A stretch of 63,709 nt of DNA, the filler included, from Kipferlia bialata (lineage: Eukaryota): NCBI GenBank assembly GCA_003568945.1. It is 7 parts of 5 records of this genome, joined end to end, with 100 filler letters (N's around TTAATTAATTAA, not from the genome) between each part and the next. Parts side by side here need not be neighbours in the genome. Positions count along the whole stretch, not along the records: positions 20,956 to 33,367 come from BDIP01000054.1; positions 33,468 to 44,739 come from BDIP01000054.1; 5 more parts are not named here. The stretch is one strand, 5' to 3'. Positions 28,069-41,080 of this stretch are shown in pieces. A program made the position numbers and the translations under genes. Under the pieces are notes generated by a model, which was not told where the DNA came from, ran no database searches, and was given only the letters and a program-made list of their open reading frames with translations. How positions within the stretch are numbered: the stretch's first letter is position 1; each line of letters opens with the position of its first letter.

Positions 28069-31000
28069 CTATGCTGTTGTGTTGTGAAGGGGGGCCTCTG
28101 GGACATCCTCTCCCTCCCCCTCCACCGCACCTGCGTTGAGGTGGGGGTTGTCCTCGGTGTCGACAGCAGGCACAGTCTCTGGCTCGACAAAGGGAGACTC
28201 CTCAACCTGAGCCTCAGCCTCGATTGTGACTGGGGTCTCTTCCACTGGGAGTGGTACTGATACCTCAGCCTCAGGTACTGGGACCTCGGTTTGAGGCTCA
28301 GGGGTCTCTGGGACAGTGGTGGGCTGAGCAACAGGGGCCACCACCTCGGGTGCGGCCTCTGTCTCTGCCTCTACCTCAGTCTGGGGCTGTGCCTGAGGGG
28401 GGTACACAGTCACCAGCCCGTTGCTACCGTCCACCAACACGATGTCTCCTGTCTTGATGGCTGAACAGGCACGGCGGCAGCCAGCAACTGGGGTGAGAGG
28501 GTGTCCATAGAACCAAACACACTCTAACAATGAACAGTAATACACACCTGCTGGAAGGCCGAACTCCCTTGCCACGACTGACCCATGGGTGTTGGCACTG
28601 CCTAGCTCTGGGGGTTGATGGGATTGTTATCAATGCACTCAATTGTACGCAAACCAATACAGTAGACAGCACACGGAGTGTGGAACCTGACACCACTCCC
28701 ACGCACTGTGAGAATAGGACGGAGATGGCAGGGTCTGCAGCTGGGACCACCAGCACACACCTGGGGTCAGGGAGGGGGAGACTATTCAACAGTACCGAGT
28801 AGTCATGAATATGTATATGTATATACAAGTGTCTGTATGCATGTCTCACCCTGGCACCAGGGGGTCTGTGGGGGACATGCACACGCAGGCAGTGCCTCTG
28901 ACGGTGCCTGGACTGCCTCCAACACCTACACATTAGATACATATCAGATATACATCAGTTAGAGATATGGGAGTATATCCTATACCCACATACACACCCA
29001 CCTGTCAGTATCTCCGTGGCCCCCTCCGGCACCTTGTGCTCCTGGACAGGTGCCACTATCTCCTCCCCGTCCCAGTTGATGATCTCGGGCACTCTGAGGG
29101 CGGTGAAGCGCTCCATGTTGGCCTAGGGTCAGAATGGGAGAAGGTACAGTACTACTATAGTTCTACTATACCATACCTTGCGCCTGGCTACCACGACATC
29201 GAGTATAGCCCTGGCCTCTCCCACTGACCCCTCACCCTTGGGCATGGTGGACACAGCATCGAAGGTCACCTTGGCACCCACAGCCTTGGTCTTAGGGGCA
29301 GGGGCATCCACAGCAACCTCCTCAGGCCTGACCTCTCCCTCTGCCACCACAAACTCCTCACTGTTGTCACCCAGGTCGGGGGAAGCCTGTGCTGGTGTCT
29401 CGGATGCGGCAGGGGGGGTAATACCGAGGCATGCCTGGGACTCGGGTGTAGCAGGGGCACTAGATGGGAGGGTGCAGGGGAGGGAGGCGTAGGGGACGTC
29501 AAGGTAGGCCTTGCACAGGGCACTGACCTCGGGGAAGGTGAGCATCAGGAGGTCGGAGGCACAGGCTGGGGGTCAGTGGTATACATACTAAAGGCGGGTT
29601 ACAACGGGTCCCTCACCTATGAGTCTCAGCTGGGTCAGGGCAGGCCCTGCGATGTGGAGTAGGAACACCCTGATGCGGTAGAAGTAGCCCATGAGCAGGT
29701 GCTTGGGGTACTCTCTGTACTGGGCGGTGATCCTGGCCTGGGGTGAGAGGAAGAGGAAGGGAATATAGATAAGGGCATCTGTACACACACATGCCAGTAC
29801 CCACCTTGGACAGCAGCTCGACGGCCTGTGTTCCCTTCTTGAGGTGGGAGAGCACACCGGCAGCCTGGGGGGTGAGGTGGTATCCACATATAGAATACAT
29901 CTAGGCACCCCTACCTCTGTGGTGATTGCCATGCCCTTTGTCTCATGGGTCTCACTGGGCAGGGGACCGGTCTCCACCGGGGTGGTCTCATTCATCACCT
30001 GGCACCTACGGGAAAGCAAGAGGTAGTAGTATTGTGGTAATGCATTGAAGTCTATAAGTAACCCCCTACCTAGCAAAGAGTGGGATGCACACAGCTGCGT
30101 TAAAGAAGGTGGGCTCCTCATAGATCCTGGGGTTGCCAAGGTCAAACTGGGGTCAGAACATATCAGTCAGTTATACACACACACGTATACGTATATATAT
30201 ATACTGTAGCATCTACACTGAGCCCCACCTCGTTGAGCCCCCTCATGCCGTATGTGGCTATGTACTGGTCTCTGCACCTGGACACAGCTGCTGCTACACC
30301 CTCTGGGTCTGGGGTGGCAGGGGTGAGACCAGAGACCTGGGGTGGGGGGTTCGGATAGGGAGAGAGATAGAGGTAGGGTGTGATATTCAGTACCTCTATG
30401 AGCTCTGTGGCGTTGGGGTCAGCACCCAGGATCTCAATGACGGCAGAGAGCTGGTCCATGTCTAGAATGAGGGGATGCAGTGGGTGGATTAGTTGTGTAT
30501 GACACTATATCTATATACATAGACTCTTTACCCACCCTGTGTGCATGTGTCAGCAAGGTCTATCACCCTGGCACGCAGGGAGGGGTGCTTCTGGAGGTGC
30601 CTGAGAGTGAGTGATCCACATATTAATGCACAGGAGTCATTCTATACTTACAATGATGTACCCCTACCTGCATGCAATCTGCACCATGTCCATGGTTCTG
30701 TTCTGCATGTCGGACCCAACACTGTTGGGCACGTATCTGGGGGTGAGGGCAATATATACTAACATGGGTAGGAGCGCATGAGATAAGACAACTAAACAAC
30801 TGCACCTGTCAAAGCAGTTGGCAGCCTCCATCGCAGCAGACTGCTCCGGGGTGAGTCTCTCTCTCTGCTTGGTGGATAGAGAGTCAAGGCTCTTGAGGCC
30901 AATCTGTCTGGGGTCAGAGAGGGGTGATTAGACACGTAGTAAGGGGTGCACCCCATCCCCACCTGGCCACCAGCTTCCGACCAGTCTCGCGGCACTTGAT

Positions 31001-31374
31001 GCCCCCTATCATGGTGGGCAGGACATCACGCAGGACGCTGGCTGGAGGGTGAGTATGGGCACATACGGTAACTCGGCATATATATATATATATATATAGC
31101 AGTACCTGCCGGGATGGAGTACAGAGCCGACAGCCCCCCTGCCACGGTAAGGCCATCCTCCAGAGGCATTGTCATCAACACCTTGGCAGACATGACACGT
31201 CTGGGGGTCAGGGGGTGCCAGGAGAGAGCTAGTGTATAATTCAATAGGAGTGGTTGCAACACATCTCTCACCTCTCCACCACCTGGGCGAACTCTGACAC
31301 ACTCATCTTGCCACCGGCCTGCATGTGCCTCCTGGCCTGGGGGTGAGGTACTGCAGGCATACACACACACACAC

Positions 31375-31414
<40 letters not shown>

Positions 31415-33312
31415 CCGTACCTTGTTGATGTGGTGCAGGTTGGACCATATGGGTAGGGAGGCAGGGGACTTGGACAGGTTGTCCTGACATCAGAGAGGGG
31501 GGGGGGGGAGATAGATACAATACTATATACTGTATATAATGAGGTCAGTTCCAATACAACACCCACCTCTCTCTTCTGTCTCCCAAGGTGCGGGGTCTGC
31601 TTGACAACCTGGGGTCAGGTGATGCAGGGAGGACATACTATAGTGTTTCTGACTAACAACGCACTCCCTGCGTACCTTGATGTTCGGGTATGCGATGCTA
31701 AACACCTTGAGCCACACGTTGAACACCAGGAAGCCCTTCTGGTGGAAGTTAGACACGTCCATCCACAGCCTGGGTGTTACAAATCGCGTAGATTCATCTG
31801 TTTTGTAGCACAGTACACCCCTACCTCCCCTCACTGCTGTTGAACAGACCAGGGATGTGTCTGAACAGAAACTGGTGGAGGTGGGACCGGCCGATGGGGG
31901 TGAAGGGGCCATCCACCTGCTGAAGGTGAGACGATGAACGGACATCAGTGGATATGAAGGAGACTTATAAAAGTTGTACGCACAGACTGAGTGAATACCC
32001 ACCTGGAAGTACCCGAAGTTGAACCAGCAGTGACGGTGCTTGATGTCGGTGTATCTGGGGTGAGGGTATGTTTTACTCTACACGTAGCGATGTAAACTGG
32101 AGTGCACCGATACCTGAATATATGTGCGTATATATATATATCCATATAACACACCTGAACTGGGTCTGGTCCACCAGGCACAGGGCATCCCCAGGGGGGG
32201 TGAGCAGTGCAGTGACAGGACGGGCCTGGGGGTGAGACACGCAGACAGTATTCAATGTGCCACATCACATCATATGCATGTACCTGGACGCAGAACAGCT
32301 CCCCCTCCTGGTCGATGACAAACTCCACGTCGAGGGGTGTCTTGCCATGGCTAAGGCCGGCACACAAGGCGGCAGCGTGCTTGGCTATGTCGACAACCTG
32401 GGGGTCAGCCTCATACTAAGTGGTAGGGGTGGAGGATGCATGATCCCCCTAAACGAAATCACTGGTAAACACCATTCACTACACACTCTTCTAACACAGT
32501 CATAGCCATTATGAGTATGCGCACCTCTGTGTTTGTGAGTGCCGGGGGAGCAGGGTCTACGTTGAAGTGGGGAATGGTGGGCTTGATGGGGAACTCAAGA
32601 CCACATCTACGGGTTATAGGGACACGGAGACACGAGTACTGGTGGTTCATTACCCCTCACCCACCTCTCGTGTGCCTGCCTGCACTGGTCTAGATAGTCC
32701 TCCTCTGGGAGGGTGGGACCAGGGATGGTGGTGACATGCATATCCCTAGTGGGTTAGTTGGTTTAAACTATAACAGGAGAGATGTACATGACGCTCTCGT
32801 ATGTATACAGCGACACCTTACCTCTCTGGCACTGTGGACCTACCAACAGACCAACGCTGGGGAATGACCTGGGGGGTGAGGGTTGAATACTTTACTAACG
32901 CATACTGTATATACATGTATGGTAGTACCTGTCCCTGCATGGCAATCTCGCCCAGTCCGTACACTGCCTCTATGCAGATGGATCTACGGTTGCCGGTGGT
33001 AGGGTCACTGAAAGGTGAGAGAATGCGTAGTACATAGGAACGACGAAAGTATATGTGGCGTTCTTTGATTCAATTAGGACCTCTGCATACCATGTGAAAC
33101 ATATGCCGCTGGTCCTGGGCACCACCAGTCTCTGCACCAGACAGGCCAGTGGGGGTGAGTGTAGGGCAACGAGGGACGGGTCGGACCCATCAACGCCTGG
33201 GGTGAGGGGGGGAGTGGGTGGGTGGGGTATATGGTATGATGTGTCAGTGTCCTCACCCTCAGCCAGGCTGTGGTTCCTGCCCATGTATGCCAGACAGTGC
33301 ACGGTGAAGGAC
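28069..33312 (-). CDS. Rifampicin phosphotransferase-like (PEP-utilising family; ATP-grasp, substrate domain, C-terminal His-swivel), 5' end in gap
   Basis: ATP-grasp motifs VQRLVVPRTSGICFT, EAVYGLGE and DVEFVIDQEGELFCVQARPVT. Middle domain WFNFGYFQQVDGPFTPIG, YGMRGLNEFDLGNPR and YREYPK. Swivel SELGSANTHGSVVAREFGLPAVAG...GDIVLVDGSNGLV. Confidence 0.8.
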
Positions 33313-33367
33313 CTGGGGGGAGAAGTGGTGGGGGGGGGGGGGGGGAGGGGGAAAGGGTTTTTTGAAA

Positions 33368-33467
33368 NNNNNNNNNNNNNNNNNNNNNNNNNNNNNNNNN
33401 NNNNNNNNNNNTTAATTAATTAANNNNNNNNNNNNNNNNNNNNNNNNNNNNNNNNNNNNNNNNNNNN
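33368..33467. other. Artificial gap linker
   Basis: Same structure; flanked by poly-G and poly-C. Confidence 0.97.
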
Positions 33468-33676
33468 GGTCCTCCCCTCCCTCCCTTCCCCCCCCCCCCC
33501 CCCCACCATCCCTTTTGATGTATCATCAATGTTGAATTGATTGTACTAGTAACTTCTCTCGTGGGATAGATGCAGAGTGTGAATGATATGTTGTGGGATT
33601 GTTTGCTATTCCATGGTGTTCTGTTGTTATTACAGTAAGTTGCTGTGCTGTATATACCCCCCCCCCCTGACCCTAG

Positions 33677-35209
33677 GTTCCTCGCTGCGATGTCCCTCCC
33701 CTCCCCTCCCTTGTCCACCTGTCTCTCTCTGCTGATAGGTAAGGGCCATACCACCGGTGCCTCTGATCTGTGTGGATCGGTGTCACTGGTGTGTGCCCTC
33801 GAGGCCTGTATGCCCCCAGCCTGTGGTGCCTCAGATACCCCTTCCCCCTGTATTAGACATGCCACTGCCAATGTTGTGCATGTGGTGCATACCCAGATGA
33901 GGTGGGATAGTGCAACACAATAGGGAGGACTTCTTACACCCATCTCACCACAGTGCCGGTGCATCTCTTGCCTCTGCCCTCACCAGTGAGACATCCATCG
34001 ATAGACCCAGGTGTGGCCCAGCTGTGGTGACCCTCCTGACCCACCATGCTGGGTCGGACCTATGTTCTTGTACTCATACTACTGATGCAGCTGGAAGTGT
34101 CCCTGTTCAGTCTACCCAGGAGTACATGTGTGCAGGGTGTGTGTGCTGGGGAGTCATTGTGAACACCAATCACTCACTGATGGACGGAAGGTGCACAATT
34201 GAGTATATATTTGTATATGTACCGTGGGTGACATGTTTACACAGTCGTCTCTGTCAGTTGTAGTGTGTATCATACCCCCCCCCTCCCCTTATCTTCCCCC
34301 AGGGAGATGAGAGCGAGGTTAGGACACTTGATGACTGCAGTGTTGAATGCACAGAACCAGCCCATTAATATTGGTGATGCCTGTAGTGATAGGTGTAGTG
34401 ACACAGGGGAACGGCATTCCCCCCCCTCCCCGCCAGTGGAGTGGGGGGACCTACTCTCCCCCGTCCCGCCATGTACGTCTGGCGAGCCCCCTTTTCTTCC
34501 TATCCCCCCTTGCATATCCCTGTCTGACATCCCCTCTGACAAGTGGAGCATGAGTGCGACAGGTGCCGATGCCCGTGTGTCTGTGTCCCCTCAGGTGCTG
34601 GATAGGGCCAGGAGGCATGGTAGGGAGCATGGGGCTACGGTGACAGGGCTGGTCAATGCCTCACTGATACAGGCCATAGGGAGTATGTATCTTGAGTGCC
34701 ACCCAGAGGTGTCAGAGTGCTCTGTGTCGATGTCCATAGTGGTGGATATGAGGCCCTACTGTGACCCCTCTCTGCTGTCAGATGCAGACACCCCTCTGCG
34801 CCAGGCCATAGGGACTGTCACCCTTGCCCACCCTGTCACCACCTCTGCCCCCTCTGCTGATACCCTTCTGCAGATGGCTGGGACTGTGACACAGGATATG
34901 CAGCACAGGATAGAGAGGCACGAGCACGTCCTGTCTTCCAAGGCACTCTCAGATGGGCGGTTTGATGCCGGGCCGCCTTCTGCCACCATAGAGCTCTCCA
35001 ATCATGGGTCGTATGCAGGTCCCCCCTTCTCACAGGCTGAGGTCCTGACAACACAGCGCTTTGATGGGTACCCTGGCCTGTCTGTGCTGGTGCACAGTGT
35101 CAGTGCGGCAGAGGGGACAGCTCTCTGTCTGGGAGTGGCGGGGTGTGAGATGGGCAAGGAGGTCTTGGATAGGGCTGCGCATCTGTTTGGGGTAATGGGG
35201 ACAGAGTGA
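33677..35209 (+). CDS. Condensation-domain/PapA5/alcohol-acetyltransferase-like acyltransferase, 5' incomplete
   Basis: HxxxDG-type motif NHSLMDG; ARRHGREHGATVTGLVNASLIQA, SIVVDMRPY and IELSNHG match CAT-fold acyltransferase C-terminal patterns; large last exon 34302-35209. Confidence 0.65.
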
Positions 35210-35395
35210 TGTGTGTCAAGCCTCTAGTTTCAGCGATGAACAACTCGTGTAACATAGCTCGATAAGACAATGGAACTTAAATAGTACTAATTTTGAATTC
35301 TTCGTTTGTAAATTGGGCAGCTTAGGTCTTAGTAATATCTCGCATGACTATCTCGGACCAAGTCTCTTCAAGGTCCTTGATCGAACACAGCATAG

Positions 35396-37027
35396 ATGTC
35401 TCTCGCTCGTGGCTTTTCCTCCGTTGCCGGAACTGCTCTGAAGAAGGTAACCCAATGTTATCGTCTGGGTGTCTGTGACCCTGCTTGACATGCTCTCCTC
35501 CCATACCCTTTGTCCCTCATACTCACCTAAGACCCCCCTCTGGAATCTCCACAATGAGTCTGGTGGAGACATGGTCTCCTTCGGTGGCTGGAGCCTGCCC
35601 GTGAAGGTATGATGAGTTTGATCATCATCCTCTCTCACATTGTCGAAGATAGTCATTCGAGATATGTATATCTCTGGTTCATTCCCTGCTCCTTACCCCA
35701 GTACCGCACTGGCATCATCGAGTCCCACGCCCAGTGCCGTGAGACCGGCGGTCTCTTTGACGTGTCCCACATGACCCAGCTCATGTTCACAGGTTAGACA
35801 CATCCTGTCAATCCACCCATTTCCGTTCTCTATCAATTCACACTACTCCATTCTGCGTATCACAATGGCGTTGATTCTAACCTAGGTGCCGACAGGGAGC
35901 TCTTCCTGGAGACCATCACCCCTGCCGACATCCAGGGTCTCAAGGAGCGCCAGATGCGCCTGTCCTCCTACCTGACCCCCGATGGAGGCATCATCGATGA
36001 CCTCATGGTGGTCAGACACTCCGCCAAGGTACGCGGGTAGAGTGATTGCCTCAATATGGGTGTGTGTCCGTGTGTATCCCTTCACCCCCCCCCCCCATTT
36101 CTCCCCCTTATTGTTGACCTGTCAGGACCAGGTGTTCCTCATCTCCAATGCCGCCACCAAGGAGAACGACGTCAAGCACCTCAACGACATGCTGCAGAAG
36201 TACTCCCACATGGACGTCCAGATCGAGGACCTCTCCTTTGCCCGTGCCCTCATTGCCGTGCAGGGCCCCGGGGTCAAGGCCGCCATGCAGCGCCTGCTCG
36301 ACTACGACTTCACCGCCCAGCCCTTCATGTCCCAGTTCTTTGGCTCCATCGAGGGCATTGATGTGTGGGTGGCCAGGTCTGGGTACACCGGCATGGACGG
36401 AGTCGAGATCAGCGTCGACGCCAAGGACGGAGAGAGGCTGGCCCGCATTCTGCTTGCCCAGCCCGAGATTGAGGCAGCTGGCCTTGGCCCCAGGGACTCG
36501 CTGAGGATGGAGGGCGGTCTCTGCCTCTACGGGTCCGACATCGACACCACCACCAACCCCATCGAGGTATGTGCAAATACATATGTATATGTGTGACTGC
36601 ATTTCATTCAATGGTGAAATACCATTTACTTAACCCCCTTTCCCCCTTCTGACCCCAGGCCGGCCTCTCCTGGACCATCTCCAAGAGGAGGAAGGAGGAG
36701 GGCGGGTACATTGGCGCCGAGGCCGTGAACAAGGTTCTGGAGCAGGGTGTGGTGAGGCGCAGGGTGGGACTTGTCATCGAGAAGGGCGCCCCTGCCCGTG
36801 CCCACTCCAAGATATACGCCGCCGACAAGGAGACCCTCATCGGCCACGTGACCTCTGGCATCTTCTCCCCCACCCTCAAGAAGCCCATCTCCATGGGATA
36901 CGTCAACGTGCCCCACCACAAGAAGGGCACCCAGGTGTTTGTGGAGGTGAGGGGCAAGATGCTGCCCGCCTCGATCAAGGCAATGCCCTTTGTGGAGGCT
37001 GGGTTCTACAGGGGCGGAAGCCTCTAA
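35396..37027 (+). CDS. gcvT: Glycine cleavage system T protein (aminomethyltransferase) with short N-terminal presequence
   Basis: MSLARGFSSVAGTALKK|TPLWNLH...MVSFGGWSLPV, GLFDVSHM, GGIIDDL, ALIAVQGP, ARSGYTGMDGVEI, GLGPRDSLRMEGGLCLYG and VTSGIFSPTLKKPISMGYV; strong C-ending codon bias. Confidence 0.97.
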
Positions 37028-37152
37028 GGTGATGGTGTAGACCGTGTAGTAAATGTATTGAGTATTGTTCAATACCCAGGATGAATGGACATTCCACATC
37101 TATTTTACGGTTACACAACACACATATAGTACACTAGTCATCCTTATCTCTG

Positions 37153-40100
37153 TCACTGGGCCTTGGGGGAAGGGGTGTCCTCTGGCTCTCTGGCCTGGGG
37201 TCGGTCCCCTAGCCTCTCCCTCATCCGCCGTGCCTCCTTGAGCCGCCTCAACCGCATGGTCCTACCCCCTGACCCGTCGAGCCCTGTCAGCATACCACCC
37301 CCTGGGTGGGTGGAGGGGGTGCCAGGGGAGAGGGAGTGTGCCGAGGGACTCTCACGTGCCCTGTGCCTGCCTCCCAATGGCACCCTGACCCCTCCCCCTG
37401 ACACGATACTGGCCCCCCCTGGCTGGGAGTGACCGATGCCACTGGGGCTGAGGGGACTGAGGGGGTTGCCGGAGAGGAGCCCCTGCAGAATGGAGGGGGT
37501 GGGAGGGGGAGAGACAGACCGAGGGGTTCTAGCCTCCCTGTCCGTCTGACTCCCCTTGTCACTGTGGGTACTGTCCTTACTATCCTCTAAGCCCTCTGCC
37601 TCCTGTCTCGCACTACGCTGTGCCTCTAGACAGGCCAGCAGCACGTCTCTGATGCCGCTGATGCCTGCGTGGGTGGTCTGCTTGGTTGCATTTACTACTG
37701 ACTGCATCGAGTGCTGCTTTGCCTCAGCCTGTGCCACCTGGGCAGATAGCACACCCCGCTCAGACAGAGAGGCCTCTGGGGTCAAGGGGGGGGGGGGATG
37801 GAGAGATAGGGAGAGGCACAGAGGGTGATAGTCGCATACATGTACACGGGGGCTACTAGAATATAGGGATGTGTGGGTGTAGACATATACCAATATATCC
37901 GCCTCACCGTTGGCTCCAATCTTGGCAGAGAGGGCTGAGAAGGCACTGTTCTGGAGCTGGGTCTGGACATGAGTATGTATATGAGCACTCATAAGATACG
38001 TACATGAATATGAGTGACGCTAAGGAGACTCTTTGAGTGGGAAGCGCGCTGTTTGAAACAAATACCCACCTGCATTTGGTTGAGCCGACCCCTCAGCCGG
38101 TCGGCCTCGCTTCGGGCCAGTTCGGCGTCTCTGTCTGCTGCGTATCTAGCAGCGGTGAGGCGCTCACTGAGTGCATCCAGATGTGCCACTCTGGCCTGGG
38201 CTGAGGACAGGGCACAGGCACCCTTGACCTGGGCGGTGTGGAGGTGCATCCTGGCAGCAGTGCACTCTCTCTCCAGCTGTGCCATCTGCCTCCCGAGATG
38301 GAGAATGGTGGCCTGGGCCTCAGCGGCTGACTGCCTGTCTGCCTGTGCCTGTGCCATCAGATTGTGTATGTGTGTATTACAAATCTACACACTATCATAC
38401 TATACATGAACTGTACACTACAACCCATACCTGAGCCATGAGCTGTGCTGTGCCCCTGTCTGCCATGTGTCTCACAGCAGCCAGACTGTCTCTGAGGGGT
38501 CAGTGGGGAGAGGGACGAGTGTTAGGGGTATTCGTACTGGTCCTCTCTCCAACATAGTGTAGGACGTAGGTACATACATTCAACACTCACCCCATATCCC
38601 GCTGGCTCTGTCTGGACAGCCTCAGCTCCTCCACCACCCTGTATAGCTCCAGCTGCGTGTCAGCACTCATGTAGCATGCAGCAGCAGATGCCGCCTCGCT
38701 GTCCACCGAGGGGTGCCCCGTGGCAGTGCATATCAACCCATGCATGGCAGAGGGGGGAGGGGGAGGCAGCGCACACCGGGTGAGGAACGCCTCCCTGTCC
38801 TCCAGCCTAAAGGGTAAGACAATAGGATAAGGAGAGAGAGTATGGGCACAGCAAAATATACAAAATCCTCCACTCCTACCTGCGCTCAAGTGAAGTGGCA
38901 TATCTACGGAGCATTGCACACTCCCCCTCTACATCTGACAAACTGCGACTGCTCTCATCCCCTCCTCTGCTGGCAGGTGATGCTGCTGCCCCCTGCCCCT
39001 CGGCCCTGCGTGTCCTATGCTGCCACAGACCACACACCCTCTGGCAGTCAGAGAGAGCGGCCTGGAGGGACACCACCTCCGAGGAGCGAGGCATGCCCTG
39101 TGTCTTAGACCCCTGTCTGTGTGTGTGTGTGGGGCAGAGGGTGGATGTGGACAGGGCAGATAGGCTGTGCAGCACAGAGGCCGTGAGGGTCTCTGCCCTG
39201 CCCCCCTGTGTCTCAATGTCCAACAGGATCAGACACGAGTAGGAGGGGTGACGCATCAGGGGGATGCACACAGAGGCCAGGGTGGAGGTACCAGCCACTG
39301 CGTCCAGACACTGACACCCGGCACAACTAGCAGAGGGGCCAGCCTCACCCCTGTCCCTTCTCCCACATGTCCGAGAGGGTCTGCTCGTAGCACATACCAG
39401 CCCACCTAGGAGGGATGCAATGGGAGGGAGGGAGGAGAGAGCGGGCGGTAGCTGGAAGGCGGCAGATTGGACTGGTGATTCCTCTCCTTCCTGTGCCATA
39501 TCAGCATCCTCCCTCTTCTCTCCGTCGTGCACTTCAGCTATACCACCCTCACCAGCATCACCCTCAGAGACCTCAACTGCACCGGTCTTGACCCTTGACA
39601 CCACTGGGCCACCAGTGTCCCCATCCCCTTCCCCCTGTGTCCCTGTCTCAGTGTCTGTGTCTGCGGCAGGTCGAGGCCACGTCCTATCACTCAAAGCAGC
39701 AGGGGGGGACTCCATGTCATCTGGGATGGAGATGGTGAGACCACCGCCCCTCACTCCCTTGGCCACAGACACCTGACCCTCACACCCACCATCTCCGGAT
39801 GCCTTGGCTGTCTGTTGCTCAGCCCCTACCCCTGTCCCTACAGTCCCATCACTGCCTGGGCCACTGGTCCCACACATGGTTAGTGAACGCTCCAGCACGG
39901 AGAGAGAGACCTCCCCCCCGTCGACATAGACCAGTCTGCCGCACACTGGGTCTGCCCCTACCTCTGGGGGTATGTGGGTGACCGAAATCACTACAAGCAT
40001 GGGGTCTGAGACAGAGAGGACGCTGCTCCCGAGCACGTGCATCTCTCGGGCACTGTCTATGAGGGACAGGCCCTGCGCGGCATTCACCACGGGACGCTAG

Positions 40101-40878
40101 GGGTGAGAAAAAGGCAATTCAAGAGATCTTACAAACTTGTCAGATAGAGGACCCACCTGCGAGAGTACATGGGTGGGTGCCCCTGCCTGATGCCGACCAG
40201 ACGCTGAGGATACGGTCCTGGTCGCCAAGAGGTCTGTAGTACCGGCAGCTGTAATGGAACCGGCAGACACACACACGCAGTACTGACCCAACTCGCTGGA
40301 GAGCTGTCTAGCATGTATCTGCGAATACAGAGACAGAACGGCGCGGTGTATCAGTCCCTTATGCGGGGGAAGGGTCCCGATCCGATCTTCGTTCGGTCTT
40401 GTGTCGCCAAGACTCTCGATTGGGTGGGTGGGGGAAGCGTATCCCACCCCCTCTGACACCTGGTCGGAGAGAGAGTAGCTCCCAAACAGAGAGTGGCCAG
40501 AGGCCTGGTGGACTGACTCGTTGCAGGACGCAGTTGGGGAGAGAATCTCCATGCGGTCTTGGCAGGGGTCGACAGAAGCAGCAATGCAGATATGACTGAA
40601 TGGTTAGGAGAATGAATAGTCGGTGAATAGAAGAATACAATACTAGAGACTCACCTATCACCGTCCAGGACAGACTCCACCGTTGTAGAAACAGAGAGAA
40701 CCTCAGACAGCTTGATCTGGGACAGTGCGAGAGAGGGAGGTGGCTGGTCTCCATATATTGAAGACACAGTGTCTCTCCCAACTCGAACATCACCAGATGG
40801 TGCAATTAGTGTCCCATCCTTCACCTGCCAGGGAGGGCCATGCCCTGGCACTAGACGGGCATACACACCCAGCGACAT
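37153..40878 (-). CDS. Degenerate kinesin-like motor-fold protein with C-terminal coiled coil (start codon uncertain)
   Basis: Kinesin-ordered remnants GLIHRAVLSLYSQI, YCVCVSAGSI...DLL, VVNAAQGLSLI, LVVISVTHI...GRLVYVDGG and AETLT; followed by A/Q/R/E coiled-coil exons. Confidence 0.55.
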
Positions 40879-41080
40879 CAGCGAACTGACGACAACACAG
40901 GTGCCCTCACAGGTAGGTTAGGAGAAGGACACAACTGCCAATATGACTAGGCACTAGCCCCTTACACCATTTTTGTCTACAAAAAGAGCAAAAGGGTCCG
41001 TGCTAGCAAGATTCTTGAGTCAAGAAAAGTAGCGAGACGGACTGCCAGTGCACTTCTGTCTCAAGGGACATCGGTTTGGC

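Noticed and set aside
28069..33312. Call as PPDK or PEP synthase
   Set aside because: The His-swivel is C-terminal and no pyruvate-binding TIM-barrel follows it.
36108..37099. Long antisense ORFs over gcvT
   Set aside because: Expected shadow of strong C-ending codon bias.
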